NCBI GenBank assembly: GCA_944326335.1
Contig: CALVDM010000011.1
Location: 1,746 to 65,745 of the forward strand
Length of the DNA: 64,000 bases
Source of the DNA: an uncultured Bacteroidales bacterium
GTDB lineage: Bacteria > Bacteroidota > Bacteroidia > Bacteroidales > UBA932
Reading direction: 5' to 3'
This document shows, one piece after another, positions 48,524 through 57,852 of this stretch. The position numbers and the translations under genes were made by a program. Position 1 is the first letter of the stretch; each line of letters begins with the position of its first letter. The notes beneath the pieces are model-generated. The model worked only from the letters and a program-made list of their open reading frames with translations. It searched no databases and was not told where the DNA came from.

Positions 48524-50329
48524 TTAATTTATTTTCACCACATTGAAATCGTCCACCCAGACGTATGCCTCAGGGTTGTTGAAGAAATTCTGGACCTGAA
48601 TCTGGAAATAACTCATCTTGACGGCACCTTCCGGAACTGTAATCTGGCCCTTGAGTTTCATCCAGTCATGAGTTCCCTTTACCGTATCAACCCACTGGGA
48701 TGAATTTACGTTGAGACTGCTGGCTGTCTCGAAACCGTCCTTCCAGTCCACCCAGCCGGTAAGCCACTGGTTCTTGTTGTCCTTGAAGCCGAGAGAGAGG
48801 AAGATATTGGCCCCGTCAGGGACATTTTCGGCCTTTATGCAGAAATATATCTCGTATGTTTCGCCAGGATTGACAGACATATCGGCGTACCTCCAACCCT
48901 GCCAAGGCTTGAGGGTCTTGTCCTCGCACTGTACGCCTCCGATTCTCAGGGAGCCGGATCCGTCATCCACGTGGGAGACTTCCATATCAATGGCATGGCA
49001 GGCCTCGGCATCATAGCCTTTTTCTTCGTTAGACGATGTTCCTGTTCTTGTCCACCCGGAACTGTAACCGTCGGCGAGGATGCTCCTCGGATCGTGGGAG
49101 CAGGTCTCCTCTTCGTGCGCTACGGCTATGTCGGTAATCCAGACATCATCCTCGCACGTCGCCTTCGCTATCCTGTACACGCCTTTCGCGGAAACGCTCT
49201 CTTTCGGGAAAACAAAATCCAGCACTCCTCCGGATTTGGCAAGTGCCGCCGACGAGACCAATTTGTCAGTACCGATTACCTTGTCCCATGTCTCCCCGTT
49301 ATAGGCTTCCAACCACATAAGATGAGGCTCGCAGTCAGTATCCCTGTCCGGCAGGCAGATAATCCGGGTTATCTGACGCCCTTCTATCGTAGGGATATAG
49401 ACTGTGCCGGGATTCACGGGATCGCCACTGACGCGGATTCCCTTACCCTCCACTATTTCACTGCCGCTCTCCTCCGGCACGAAAGATTCCAAAGCGTCCG
49501 AAGACGATGTAAAATCATAAGTCATTGCCTCATATACGTTTTCAGCTGACGCAATGTCCATTTCCATCCCGCTTGCCACACCCTCATAGATTCTGTCGCC
49601 GGTCACCACAGTGTAACCGGCAATGCCGTCGATTCCTCCCGCCGTCAGCAAAGAAAATTCGCGCGAATCCGTACCGGAAACGAAGGCTGCGGTCAGACTG
49701 CTGCCGGAACCGTCGGGGCTGAATCCTTTGACACCGAGGGCATCGCCATCGACTGTAAGGTCAATGTCACCGGCTATGGCATCGGATGCTGCCAATGTCG
49801 CCCAATAAAGTTTTTCTGAAGCATTCATACCTGATATCTTGAATTCCCAGGGCTCAAGAAGCTCCGTCATGGACACCCGGGCGACTGAAGCGGCATCAAA
49901 ATGTCCTGTTCCGGCATAAACCATGGCTCCCTCATCCGGAACTGTCTGCGAAGGATACTGCAGACCTCCGACCCTGTGTCTGAAAATACCGTCGGAACAG
50001 TCCAATGCTTGTCTGTACGGATAGAAACATATTATATCACTGACAGATTTCTCAGCATCGGGCTCGACGGAAATAGTAAAACTTCCATCCTGAGTCCTTT
50101 CAGCCGGCAAAACTTCATCGGATACAACCGCTCCGTCAGAATATACCAATACGGCCCCGAGGCGTTCTGTCGAAGACGGATATTCCCCGTCTACACTGAG
50201 TGTGAATTCCTTCACCTCGGCCTTCGGCGAATCTCCGCCGGATTCAGTATCCGCAGTTCCATCTTCCGGAGAGCAGGACCATACCGGGACAATTACCGGC
50301 AAGGATAAAATCATATATTTCCAATTCAT
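48524..50329 (-). CDS. surface lipoprotein: fimbrillin-like N-terminus + C-terminal CBM-like domain
   Basis: VWSC lipobox; CFYPY and IAGDIDL pilin-like patterns; C-terminal ~185 aa paralogous to 47884-48504. Confidence 0.65.
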   Translation of the reverse strand: MNWKYMILSLPVIVPVWSCSPEDGTADTESGGDSPKAEVKEFTLSVDGEYPSSTERLGAVLVYSDGAVVSDEVLPAERTQDGSFTISVEPDAEKSVSDIICFYPYRQALDCSDGIFRHRVGGLQYPSQTVPDEGAMVYAGTGHFDAASVARVSMTELLEPWEFKISGMNASEKLYWATLAASDAIAGDIDLTVDGDALGVKGFSPDGSGSSLTAAFVSGTDSREFSLLTAGGIDGIAGYTVVTGDRIYEGVASGMEMDIASAENVYEAMTYDFTSSSDALESFVPEESGSEIVEGKGIRVSGDPVNPGTVYIPTIEGRQITRIICLPDRDTDCEPHLMWLEAYNGETWDKVIGTDKLVSSAALAKSGGVLDFVFPKESVSAKGVYRIAKATCEDDVWITDIAVAHEEETCSHDPRSILADGYSSGWTRTGTSSNEEKGYDAEACHAIDMEVSHVDDGSGSLRIGGVQCEDKTLKPWQGWRYADMSVNPGETYEIYFCIKAENVPDGANIFLSLGFKDNKNQWLTGWVDWKDGFETASSLNVNSSQWVDTVKGTHDWMKLKGQITVPEGAVKMSYFQIQVQNFFNNPEAYVWVDDFNVVKIN

Positions 50330-50343
50330 AGACAATAGAGTTT

Positions 50344-52542
50344 TCAGTTATCGTTGACCATAGGCTTGCCTTCCCGTGTCATAAGGACCTTTATCGCCTT
50401 GGCATCGGGAGACGGAAGATACAGAAGCCACCCTTCCGGAACCTTCTCGCACTCTATGTGCTCTGCAAACGCACCTGCATTCCGCGAGCTCTTCAAAGGG
50501 GCTATAACAGTGAGCATTTCCACCTTGCCTCCGTTTTCCAGCGTCTCGTCCGGCTGCAGAATGAGGGTTTTGGTGCGGCCCTTCTCGAAACTTGACCGGA
50601 GTTCGTCCGTCTCGACTCTCATGGTCGTCGGCGTATCGGTCTGAGGGAAAGCGAACAGTACAGGTATCTCCCCGTATGCAGGTATGGACACGGTAGTCGG
50701 TACGTGCCCCTCCTGGACCACCCATCTTTCACCGGATGCGATAATGGACGGCCATACAGCATAAATCGTCGCCGAGTTCAGGGAACGCTGCCCGTTGTTC
50801 GCGATTTCATCGAAAATGACGGATACCCCGTTATGAAGCAGCACGACCTGCCTTCTGGCCGATACGCCCTCATACTCGAACCTGGAATACGAAATATTGC
50901 AGTATGCAGCTTGCGAAGATATCCTATCTGCGGTATACTCGTCAATCACATAGTCGAACTTGGAAGAATAACCGAGCATCTCTTCGTACTGTGCGGTCGG
51001 ATCCACATCTCCCTGAGCCACATTGAAGACCGGGAAATCCTCCATATCTGAAGGAGCCACATAAGGCCGGTTTATCCTGAACGGCTCCCCCGGACGGCCG
51101 AGGACAGTGGCTATGTGCGAAGACATAAACATATACGAACCAATGCTTATTCTGTGGTCCCAGGCTGCCTTCGACTGTGTATAACTCAGATCGATGAGCA
51201 TGGACGGAGCATTCGGGTGGGTTCCGGTAGAGAGCACTATCTTGTCCTGGACGGTTTTCCAGTCAGAATCATACCTCCCGAGATTGATTCCTTCATAACT
51301 GACGTTGGAGGTTATCCTTTCGGTCACATGCACCGTTCCGAAATCTGGGTCAGGAAAAGCTGAGATGCCGTCGAAGTTTATCCCTTCCGGCCACAGGTCG
51401 CATACTATACCTTTCCATCTGGTGATATTCAGGGAATTGTATCTGAGATCCTCGTACTTCCTCGCTATGTACAGATAACTCGGATCCTGATACAGCAGAT
51501 ATCCAACCTTAAGACACCAGGCCAGGGTGCGCCCGCCGTCTATAGCCAGTTCCCTGTCGGACGAATAGATGTTCTCCATGGACTTTCCCCATTTCATGCA
51601 TTGTCCGGAAGTATGGACAGTTCTGGCCATTCTGTCGATTATCCTGCGGATATGGATGGAGTTGCGCATATCTTCTATCCGGTTCAGGAACAATCCCCAT
51701 CGAAGTATCAGATAGAATCCTGTTCCGGAGTCGTAATGAGGGGAGTTGTCCGCATCGTATGAAATCGCGGTTACGTTGGTCCATATCCTTTCGAAACTTC
51801 TTTCCGTAACAGGATATGCATCACCGTAGAGCATCTTCACCCAGAAAGCTATGTCCATGGCGAAAATTTCCTTGTTATAACCGGTCGTGCCGTAACTTCC
51901 CTGATAATAGTTCACCTGATTCTCGATATTCTCTTCGATGAAGTTCCTTACCGCCGCTTCGGATCCGGCATCGTATTCACCGAGAAGCCGCAGTCCCCAG
52001 GCGCTTTCCAGGATATACCTGACCGGATGCACGGTGTTCAGGTCACGTATTAGTCCGGACTGTCCTGCAGCCTTGTCCTTTTCCGATTCCTCACGGAAGG
52101 TTTCGATGTTCACGGGTATGTTTTCCCTAAGTATATCAACGATATAGGGCTTAAGGACGTCAGCATACTTCTCCTTGTCCATTACCTGAAGAATCAGGAC
52201 TGTGTACGGCTCCGCAGCCCTTATTTCCGAAGAATATTCGTCATAATAGTCCTGCAGCCATCCGGATATGTTTCCGGAAGCTATGGCGTTGTCAAGACTT
52301 GCATAGAAATTGCCGGTTCTGGCCGAAAGTCTCGCTTCCCTGAATGCGATGTCCGAAGCAGGTTCATCTGCAGGAACCTCGTCCATACTGAAAATGGCAT
52401 CCGAATAAATGCTCCTGTCAGGATATCCGCCCGTTTCCGGATCTGTCCCGGGCTTTTCCGGAACCTTTGCACAAGCGTTCACCGATGTGCAGAACATCAG
52501 CGAAACCGTAGCGGAAAACATTGTCTTCAAATAGAATTTCAT
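50344..52542 (-). CDS. exported protein, putative novel polysaccharide lyase (heparinase II/III-like architecture)
   Basis: Possible lipobox VNAC; helical N-half with DNSPHY; beta-rich C-half with RRQVVLL..VIFDEI. Confidence 0.55.
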   Translation of the reverse strand: MKFYLKTMFSATVSLMFCTSVNACAKVPEKPGTDPETGGYPDRSIYSDAIFSMDEVPADEPASDIAFREARLSARTGNFYASLDNAIASGNISGWLQDYYDEYSSEIRAAEPYTVLILQVMDKEKYADVLKPYIVDILRENIPVNIETFREESEKDKAAGQSGLIRDLNTVHPVRYILESAWGLRLLGEYDAGSEAAVRNFIEENIENQVNYYQGSYGTTGYNKEIFAMDIAFWVKMLYGDAYPVTERSFERIWTNVTAISYDADNSPHYDSGTGFYLILRWGLFLNRIEDMRNSIHIRRIIDRMARTVHTSGQCMKWGKSMENIYSSDRELAIDGGRTLAWCLKVGYLLYQDPSYLYIARKYEDLRYNSLNITRWKGIVCDLWPEGINFDGISAFPDPDFGTVHVTERITSNVSYEGINLGRYDSDWKTVQDKIVLSTGTHPNAPSMLIDLSYTQSKAAWDHRISIGSYMFMSSHIATVLGRPGEPFRINRPYVAPSDMEDFPVFNVAQGDVDPTAQYEEMLGYSSKFDYVIDEYTADRISSQAAYCNISYSRFEYEGVSARRQVVLLHNGVSVIFDEIANNGQRSLNSATIYAVWPSIIASGERWVVQEGHVPTTVSIPAYGEIPVLFAFPQTDTPTTMRVETDELRSSFEKGRTKTLILQPDETLENGGKVEMLTVIAPLKSSRNAGAFAEHIECEKVPEGWLLYLPSPDAKAIKVLMTREGKPMVNDN

Positions 52543-55500
52543 AATTTTTCAGTGTTATTGTGGCTTTTGTATTTTCCCTGATATTCTGTGGGCGACATCC
52601 TGTATACGGACTTGAAGACCTTGGCGAAGTACGAAGGATCCGCATAGCCTGTATTATACGCCACCTCCGAAATGTTCCGGTCTCCTTTTCTGAGCATTTC
52701 CGCCGCCATATTCATCTTTATGCTGACTATCAGTTTGTTGGGCGACAGGTCGGAAATGCCTTTTACCCTCCTGAAAAACTGGGCCCGGCTCATTCCCATC
52801 TCCTCATACAGGAAACTGACGGAAAGCCCGGGGTCATCGATATGCTGCCTGATGACGGCGGACAGACGCTCTATGAACGGGTCCTTTCCCGCAACCGGCT
52901 CCGGACAGGTGCCGTCGACGCTGTTCAGATTAGCGGAAAACAGTGCCTTGAGCCTGATCCTGTTAGAAATGAGGCTCGCTATCTTGGCCATAAGAATCTT
53001 GCTGCTGAACGGTTTCAGGATATAGTCGTCAGCCAGCGCCCTGTAACCCTCCTCTATGCTTTCCTGCTGTGATTTCGCGGTCAGGAGTATTACAGGGATA
53101 TGGGAAGTGGCCATATTCTCCTTGACCTTGCTGCAGAACTCGATACCGTCCATACCGGGCATCATGATGTCGCTGACAATCAGGTCCGGTATCCGTGTCC
53201 TCGCGATTTCGTATGCTTGTTCCCCGTCATCGGCAAGCAGCACGGTATAGGATGCCGACAGCCGTTTCCGGATATGCTCCCTCAGCTCGGCGTCGTCTTC
53301 CGCCACCAAGACTATGATATCCTTGGAGGCTCCTGACGACAATGTCTCAGGCTCAGCAGCTGTATTTTCCACTGGTTTAGGACAGGACTCCCCACCCCGA
53401 AGCTCATTCAGTGCCGAAAAGACCTCGTCATTCGAAAAATGGCTGTAGCCTCTCCGCAGTTCCACGATAAATGTGCTGCCCTTTCCAAGTTCGCTCTCCA
53501 CACGGACACTTCCGGAGTGCAGATTCACGATATATTTAACCAAAGCCAGGCCTATGCCGCTGCCGAAACTTTTGACACCCCTGCCCGGAGAGACCTGGAA
53601 GAACGGCTCGAATATCTTCCCGTGATTTTCCTTGGCTATTCCGATGCCCTGATCCTTCACGTATATCCTGACCTTGTCTTCCGGTATGGCATACATCCCT
53701 ACCTCCACCTCGGAGTCTTTCCCGGAATTCTTGATCGCATTCGACAGGAGATTGTCCATAACCCTGTCCAGCAAATCCATATCTCCCCACAAATCATCTA
53801 TATCCGAGTCATACCGTACGGAAAGGACGAGCGAATTTTTGGAAGCCATACTTGCAAATTTCTCTGCCTGACTGTACAGGAACGATTTGCAGTCGATACG
53901 TGACAGTCTCAGTTTCATATTTCCGCTTTCTATCTTGCGGAAATCGAGGAGCTGGTTCACCAACAGGAGCATTTTGTTCGCATTGCGGCTTATCTGCAAC
54001 ACCGGATAGCGGAACTTTTCGGGGAGGGACGTGTCGGAAAGGATATCTTCCACAGGATCCGAAATCAAGGTCAGCGGGGTTCTGAGCTCGTGCGAAAACT
54101 GGGTAAAAAGCTCCATTCTTATGCTATAGGCCTTCTCTATGTTCTCCTTTTCCATCTCGTCGATGATCTTGTGGTATTTCATGGACCTTCTGTCGCTGAG
54201 AAACTTGAAGAGCATATAAAGCACGGCTACGGCGACAAGGACATAAAAGACTTTCATGGCCGCCGTAAGGTACCACGGAGGAGTGATGACGACTGTCTGC
54301 TCAGTAATACGGGAGCTCCAGTGTCCGTATTCATCGGAAAGCCTGAACTGCAGGACATGTCTGCCATATCTGAGATTGGACAGGAGTATGGTGTTCTTCT
54401 CGCTGACATTCCACTGATCCTTGCCCTTTATCCTGTAGGCATAGCGTATGGCAGGCTGGAAGACGTAGTCCAGCGACGAGACCTTGATCTGCAGGGAGGT
54501 ATTCTCATGGGAAAATCTGACGTTTTCCAACATGGAAGGACAGTCGAAAATCTCGAAATTCTCGTCTTCCCGTGTCAGAATGGAAGATATGGAAGAAATC
54601 CTCACCCTGTCCTCACTTTCTCCGAACGAAAGCAATTCATCAGGATACATAGCCACCACACCGTCCGTACCGCCGACATATATCCTGCCGTCCGAAGCGT
54701 AATGAATGACGCCCTGGGAATTCTCTGGCATAGGATAGCCGTTAATCTGCCCGAAAGAAATCACGGACCTGCTTTCAACATCTATCATAGAGATTCCGGT
54801 CAATGTGGAAACCCACAACCTGCCGGCCCTGTCCTCCACGATACCGCATACCGTATTGTTAGGAAGACCTTCGTCCACTGTAAAATGCAGACAGTCACCC
54901 CCATCTATGCCGCATACGTACAGCCCTGAGCTGTAGGTCCCCATCCAGATGTTTCCCCTGCTGTCTTCAAATATCTCCGTGACATTCGCATCTTCGGGCA
55001 TTCCCGCAACCGGCAGTCTCACTGCATCGGCATAGCGACCCTGCTCTCCTTTCAGGTACGGATACCTCCAGATACCGTTGTTTCTCGTACCGACAAGCAT
55101 GCATCCGCTCTTTTCCCTGAATATGGACTGGGTAAGCATGTATCTGGTTATCCCGCTTTCGTTTGTAGTCAGGTCCGTACATATTTTACCATTTACACAG
55201 TCATATATGCTCAGGTCATCTGCGGCTATCCATACGTTTCCTTCTGCATCCTCGCACATTTCCCTGATCTGCGCTGACGGGGAAAGATTCAGAGAAACCC
55301 TGCTGACAGTCATGGATGAAAGATCCAGACTGAAGGTGCCCACATTCAGAACATATATCAGGACATCGTCGCTGCCGGAGCCGGCCACAGCATAAATTTC
55401 GGCATGACTGTTTCCTGTTATCTTTTTTATGTCCATGTTCTCTACGGCATACGTCCCGGTATTCAGTACGGAGATGACAGAGTGGCTCGCGAAGACAAGC

Positions 55501-56564
55501 CAGTCCCCCGACTCCACTATTTCGGACACCATCCTCTCGTTCCCGGCATGTCCCAGATCCACGACAGAGAAGGAATACAGTCTCGGATTGTAGAAGACGA
55601 CCCCGTCTTCGAAGGTCCCTATCCAGATGGAGCCGTTTCTGTCAAGAAAGAGGGACATTACCCTGTCGGACTCCAGGAACGGGATGTTCCCAGTCACCGG
55701 ACGATAGGTCGAGACTGTGGACGTGCCCGTATCGAATTCGAGAAGACCTGTATCGGTCGCCAGCAATATGGTGTCTTCTCCTGTCTGCAAGGCGGAATGC
55801 ACCTGGTTCACGCCCGTCCAGCCTATACCGGAAAGCGTGAGGTCCACCCTCGATATCCGGCCTGACATCCTGTCATATCTGAGGATATAGTCGGCCTCCA
55901 CGAACAGCCACGTAGCCGCATCCCCGTCGAAAAGGGTACAGACGACAGGTTCCCTCTGGGAATAGCCGTTGCCCTGGACACTGCTGCAGGACAGGTCGGT
56001 GATATTGACAGTGTAAAGGCCTTCCCCCACTACATCGACTATGATATTGTTGTCCCCGCACCAGCCCATGGAATTTATGTTCTTGCCGGTGAATCCTGAT
56101 ATGTAGGAGCAGTTTCCGCCCAGGAAGCGGTAAAGTCCCTTTTTCGTGGCTACCCAAGTACCGTTCTTCTCCGAAACGTACACACCAACCACCACTCCTT
56201 CAGGCAGTTCTCCCTCGAAGACCGTCTCCGGAGATATGAACCTGTCCGCATACGGGTCGAAAAGCATCACTCCGTCGAAAGTCCCTATCCACAGCAGATC
56301 ATCCTTTCCCTGGCAGATGCTGACTATGTCATTCTTCCTGCTGTTTCCCTCGACGACATAGCTGTAGTTCTTGAACTCATAACCGTCGAACCTGTTCAGT
56401 CCGTTTCTGGTGCCCAGCCAGATATAGCCGCAGGTATCCTGCACAATCGCCTTCACGGAACCGTTGGACAGTCCGTCACCTATGGAAAAAGTGTTCCCGG
56501 CCTGCATGCCTGTCAGACATGCGGCCGAAAACAGTACTGTGGTTATGAGTTTCTTCACTGACAT
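52539..56564 (-). CDS. hybrid two-component sensor kinase/response regulator (HTCS, AraC output)
   Basis: Propeller repeats (IWLGTRNGL), Y_Y_Y domain, TM, SHELRTPL, GSGIGL, DIMMPGMDG, AraC helix-turn-helix. Confidence 0.96.
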   Translation of the reverse strand: MSVKKLITTVLFSAACLTGMQAGNTFSIGDGLSNGSVKAIVQDTCGYIWLGTRNGLNRFDGYEFKNYSYVVEGNSRKNDIVSICQGKDDLLWIGTFDGVMLFDPYADRFISPETVFEGELPEGVVVGVYVSEKNGTWVATKKGLYRFLGGNCSYISGFTGKNINSMGWCGDNNIIVDVVGEGLYTVNITDLSCSSVQGNGYSQREPVVCTLFDGDAATWLFVEADYILRYDRMSGRISRVDLTLSGIGWTGVNQVHSALQTGEDTILLATDTGLLEFDTGTSTVSTYRPVTGNIPFLESDRVMSLFLDRNGSIWIGTFEDGVVFYNPRLYSFSVVDLGHAGNERMVSEIVESGDWLVFASHSVISVLNTGTYAVENMDIKKITGNSHAEIYAVAGSGSDDVLIYVLNVGTFSLDLSSMTVSRVSLNLSPSAQIREMCEDAEGNVWIAADDLSIYDCVNGKICTDLTTNESGITRYMLTQSIFREKSGCMLVGTRNNGIWRYPYLKGEQGRYADAVRLPVAGMPEDANVTEIFEDSRGNIWMGTYSSGLYVCGIDGGDCLHFTVDEGLPNNTVCGIVEDRAGRLWVSTLTGISMIDVESRSVISFGQINGYPMPENSQGVIHYASDGRIYVGGTDGVVAMYPDELLSFGESEDRVRISSISSILTREDENFEIFDCPSMLENVRFSHENTSLQIKVSSLDYVFQPAIRYAYRIKGKDQWNVSEKNTILLSNLRYGRHVLQFRLSDEYGHWSSRITEQTVVITPPWYLTAAMKVFYVLVAVAVLYMLFKFLSDRRSMKYHKIIDEMEKENIEKAYSIRMELFTQFSHELRTPLTLISDPVEDILSDTSLPEKFRYPVLQISRNANKMLLLVNQLLDFRKIESGNMKLRLSRIDCKSFLYSQAEKFASMASKNSLVLSVRYDSDIDDLWGDMDLLDRVMDNLLSNAIKNSGKDSEVEVGMYAIPEDKVRIYVKDQGIGIAKENHGKIFEPFFQVSPGRGVKSFGSGIGLALVKYIVNLHSGSVRVESELGKGSTFIVELRRGYSHFSNDEVFSALNELRGGESCPKPVENTAAEPETLSSGASKDIIVLVAEDDAELREHIRKRLSASYTVLLADDGEQAYEIARTRIPDLIVSDIMMPGMDGIEFCSKVKENMATSHIPVILLTAKSQQESIEEGYRALADDYILKPFSSKILMAKIASLISNRIRLKALFSANLNSVDGTCPEPVAGKDPFIERLSAVIRQHIDDPGLSVSFLYEEMGMSRAQFFRRVKGISDLSPNKLIVSIKMNMAAEMLRKGDRNISEVAYNTGYADPSYFAKVFKSVYRMSPTEYQGKYKSHNNTEKL

Positions 56565-57809
56565 TCAGTCCACTACGATAATATTGAATTCATACACATT
56601 TTCATACCCCTCGTTCCTGTTCTGGTTATTCACCACAAAAGTAGCCTTATATTTTCCTTTTTCAGCGAAACTATAGCTGAAATTCCACACCATACTCATG
56701 GATTTTATCTTGATATAGGCCGATACTTCGTCCTGATCCACCTGACGGACATGATGTCTTCTGGATATGGCCCAGGACTCGGCCGGCTGCTTTTTCATGG
56801 CATCGGACGGGGTTTCAAGCACAGTTCCATCCGGCATCTGCATATCTACAGGTTCGAAGACCTCCATAGGGTAGGTGCATCTGATCGTCTGTCCGAGACA
56901 GTTCGTCTTCACCCACGGATAACCGGAGCCTTCCCCATATTTCAGTCCCATTTCCGCCAGGTTCCAGGCATAAATTCCGGAATTCGGCACCGGGCCGGAG
57001 ACTCCGCTTACGATAGTCTCCTCAGGTACATAAAGGGCGAAGCAGACCGCAGTTTCATCATTGACTACGGCGAAATTGTCCCCGTAGAAAGAAAGTGCAT
57101 CGAATATTTTCGAAGTTCTGGTTCTCAATGCATCCACGACCACTCCGTCGAGGGTATAGCCGTAATCCCTTGTCTCCTCATTGGAAACAGCGAAAGAACT
57201 GACCCTCAACCTGTTGTATTCCGCCTCGTCACTACGTGCGACTATGGCATAATTTACATATTCATGATTCAGATATCCGCTATAATCTTCTCCTGCCGGA
57301 GGTGCGGCCGAAACACCCGAGACCGGAGACCAGTATTCCGTAATTTCGCCAGTGGTCTTGTCTCCGCCGCGTATGTCTGTGTCTCCGGCTGCTTTCCAGT
57401 CCGCGGCTCGGACTGCCTCCTCAGTGTATCCGGCGAGATTGTACGACGTCAGAAGCCTGAAATCCGTACCGACATTCGCATCCGGGTTCACCAATGTGGT
57501 GGAAATGCTTATCACAGGAGTGATGACAGCTTCTTCGTCCGCAATTTCGCGGTGTCTGTAACGGTATTCGTATCCGAGTTCTCCGGAATAGAACAGGATA
57601 TTGTCCACCCGGTCACCGTCGAAGACGAAAGACACCGGCTGCTCCTTGCGGACTATATAGGTGTCTGTTTCTTCATCGTAGCGCATCGGGTCTTCGAGCG
57701 AAACCGACAGATTTACCGGAGATGGCCGGTCTATGTTGAATTTCTCGCTGCAGGCAGTATGCAGGAGAAGAGCCGCAACTGCTGTCAATATGGTTTTCAA
57801 TGATTTCAT
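56565..57809 (-). CDS. DUF5017-like lipoprotein (putative surface glycan-binding protein)
   Basis: HTAC lipobox; FYSGELGYEY N-motif; YSF..KGKYKATFV C-motif; directly after susD. Confidence 0.7.
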   Translation of the reverse strand: MKSLKTILTAVAALLLHTACSEKFNIDRPSPVNLSVSLEDPMRYDEETDTYIVRKEQPVSFVFDGDRVDNILFYSGELGYEYRYRHREIADEEAVITPVISISTTLVNPDANVGTDFRLLTSYNLAGYTEEAVRAADWKAAGDTDIRGGDKTTGEITEYWSPVSGVSAAPPAGEDYSGYLNHEYVNYAIVARSDEAEYNRLRVSSFAVSNEETRDYGYTLDGVVVDALRTRTSKIFDALSFYGDNFAVVNDETAVCFALYVPEETIVSGVSGPVPNSGIYAWNLAEMGLKYGEGSGYPWVKTNCLGQTIRCTYPMEVFEPVDMQMPDGTVLETPSDAMKKQPAESWAISRRHHVRQVDQDEVSAYIKIKSMSMVWNFSYSFAEKGKYKATFVVNNQNRNEGYENVYEFNIIVVD

Positions 57810-57852
57810 ATAGTCTGTTTTTTACGTCTGTCTGGCGGAATTATTCCGGTGA

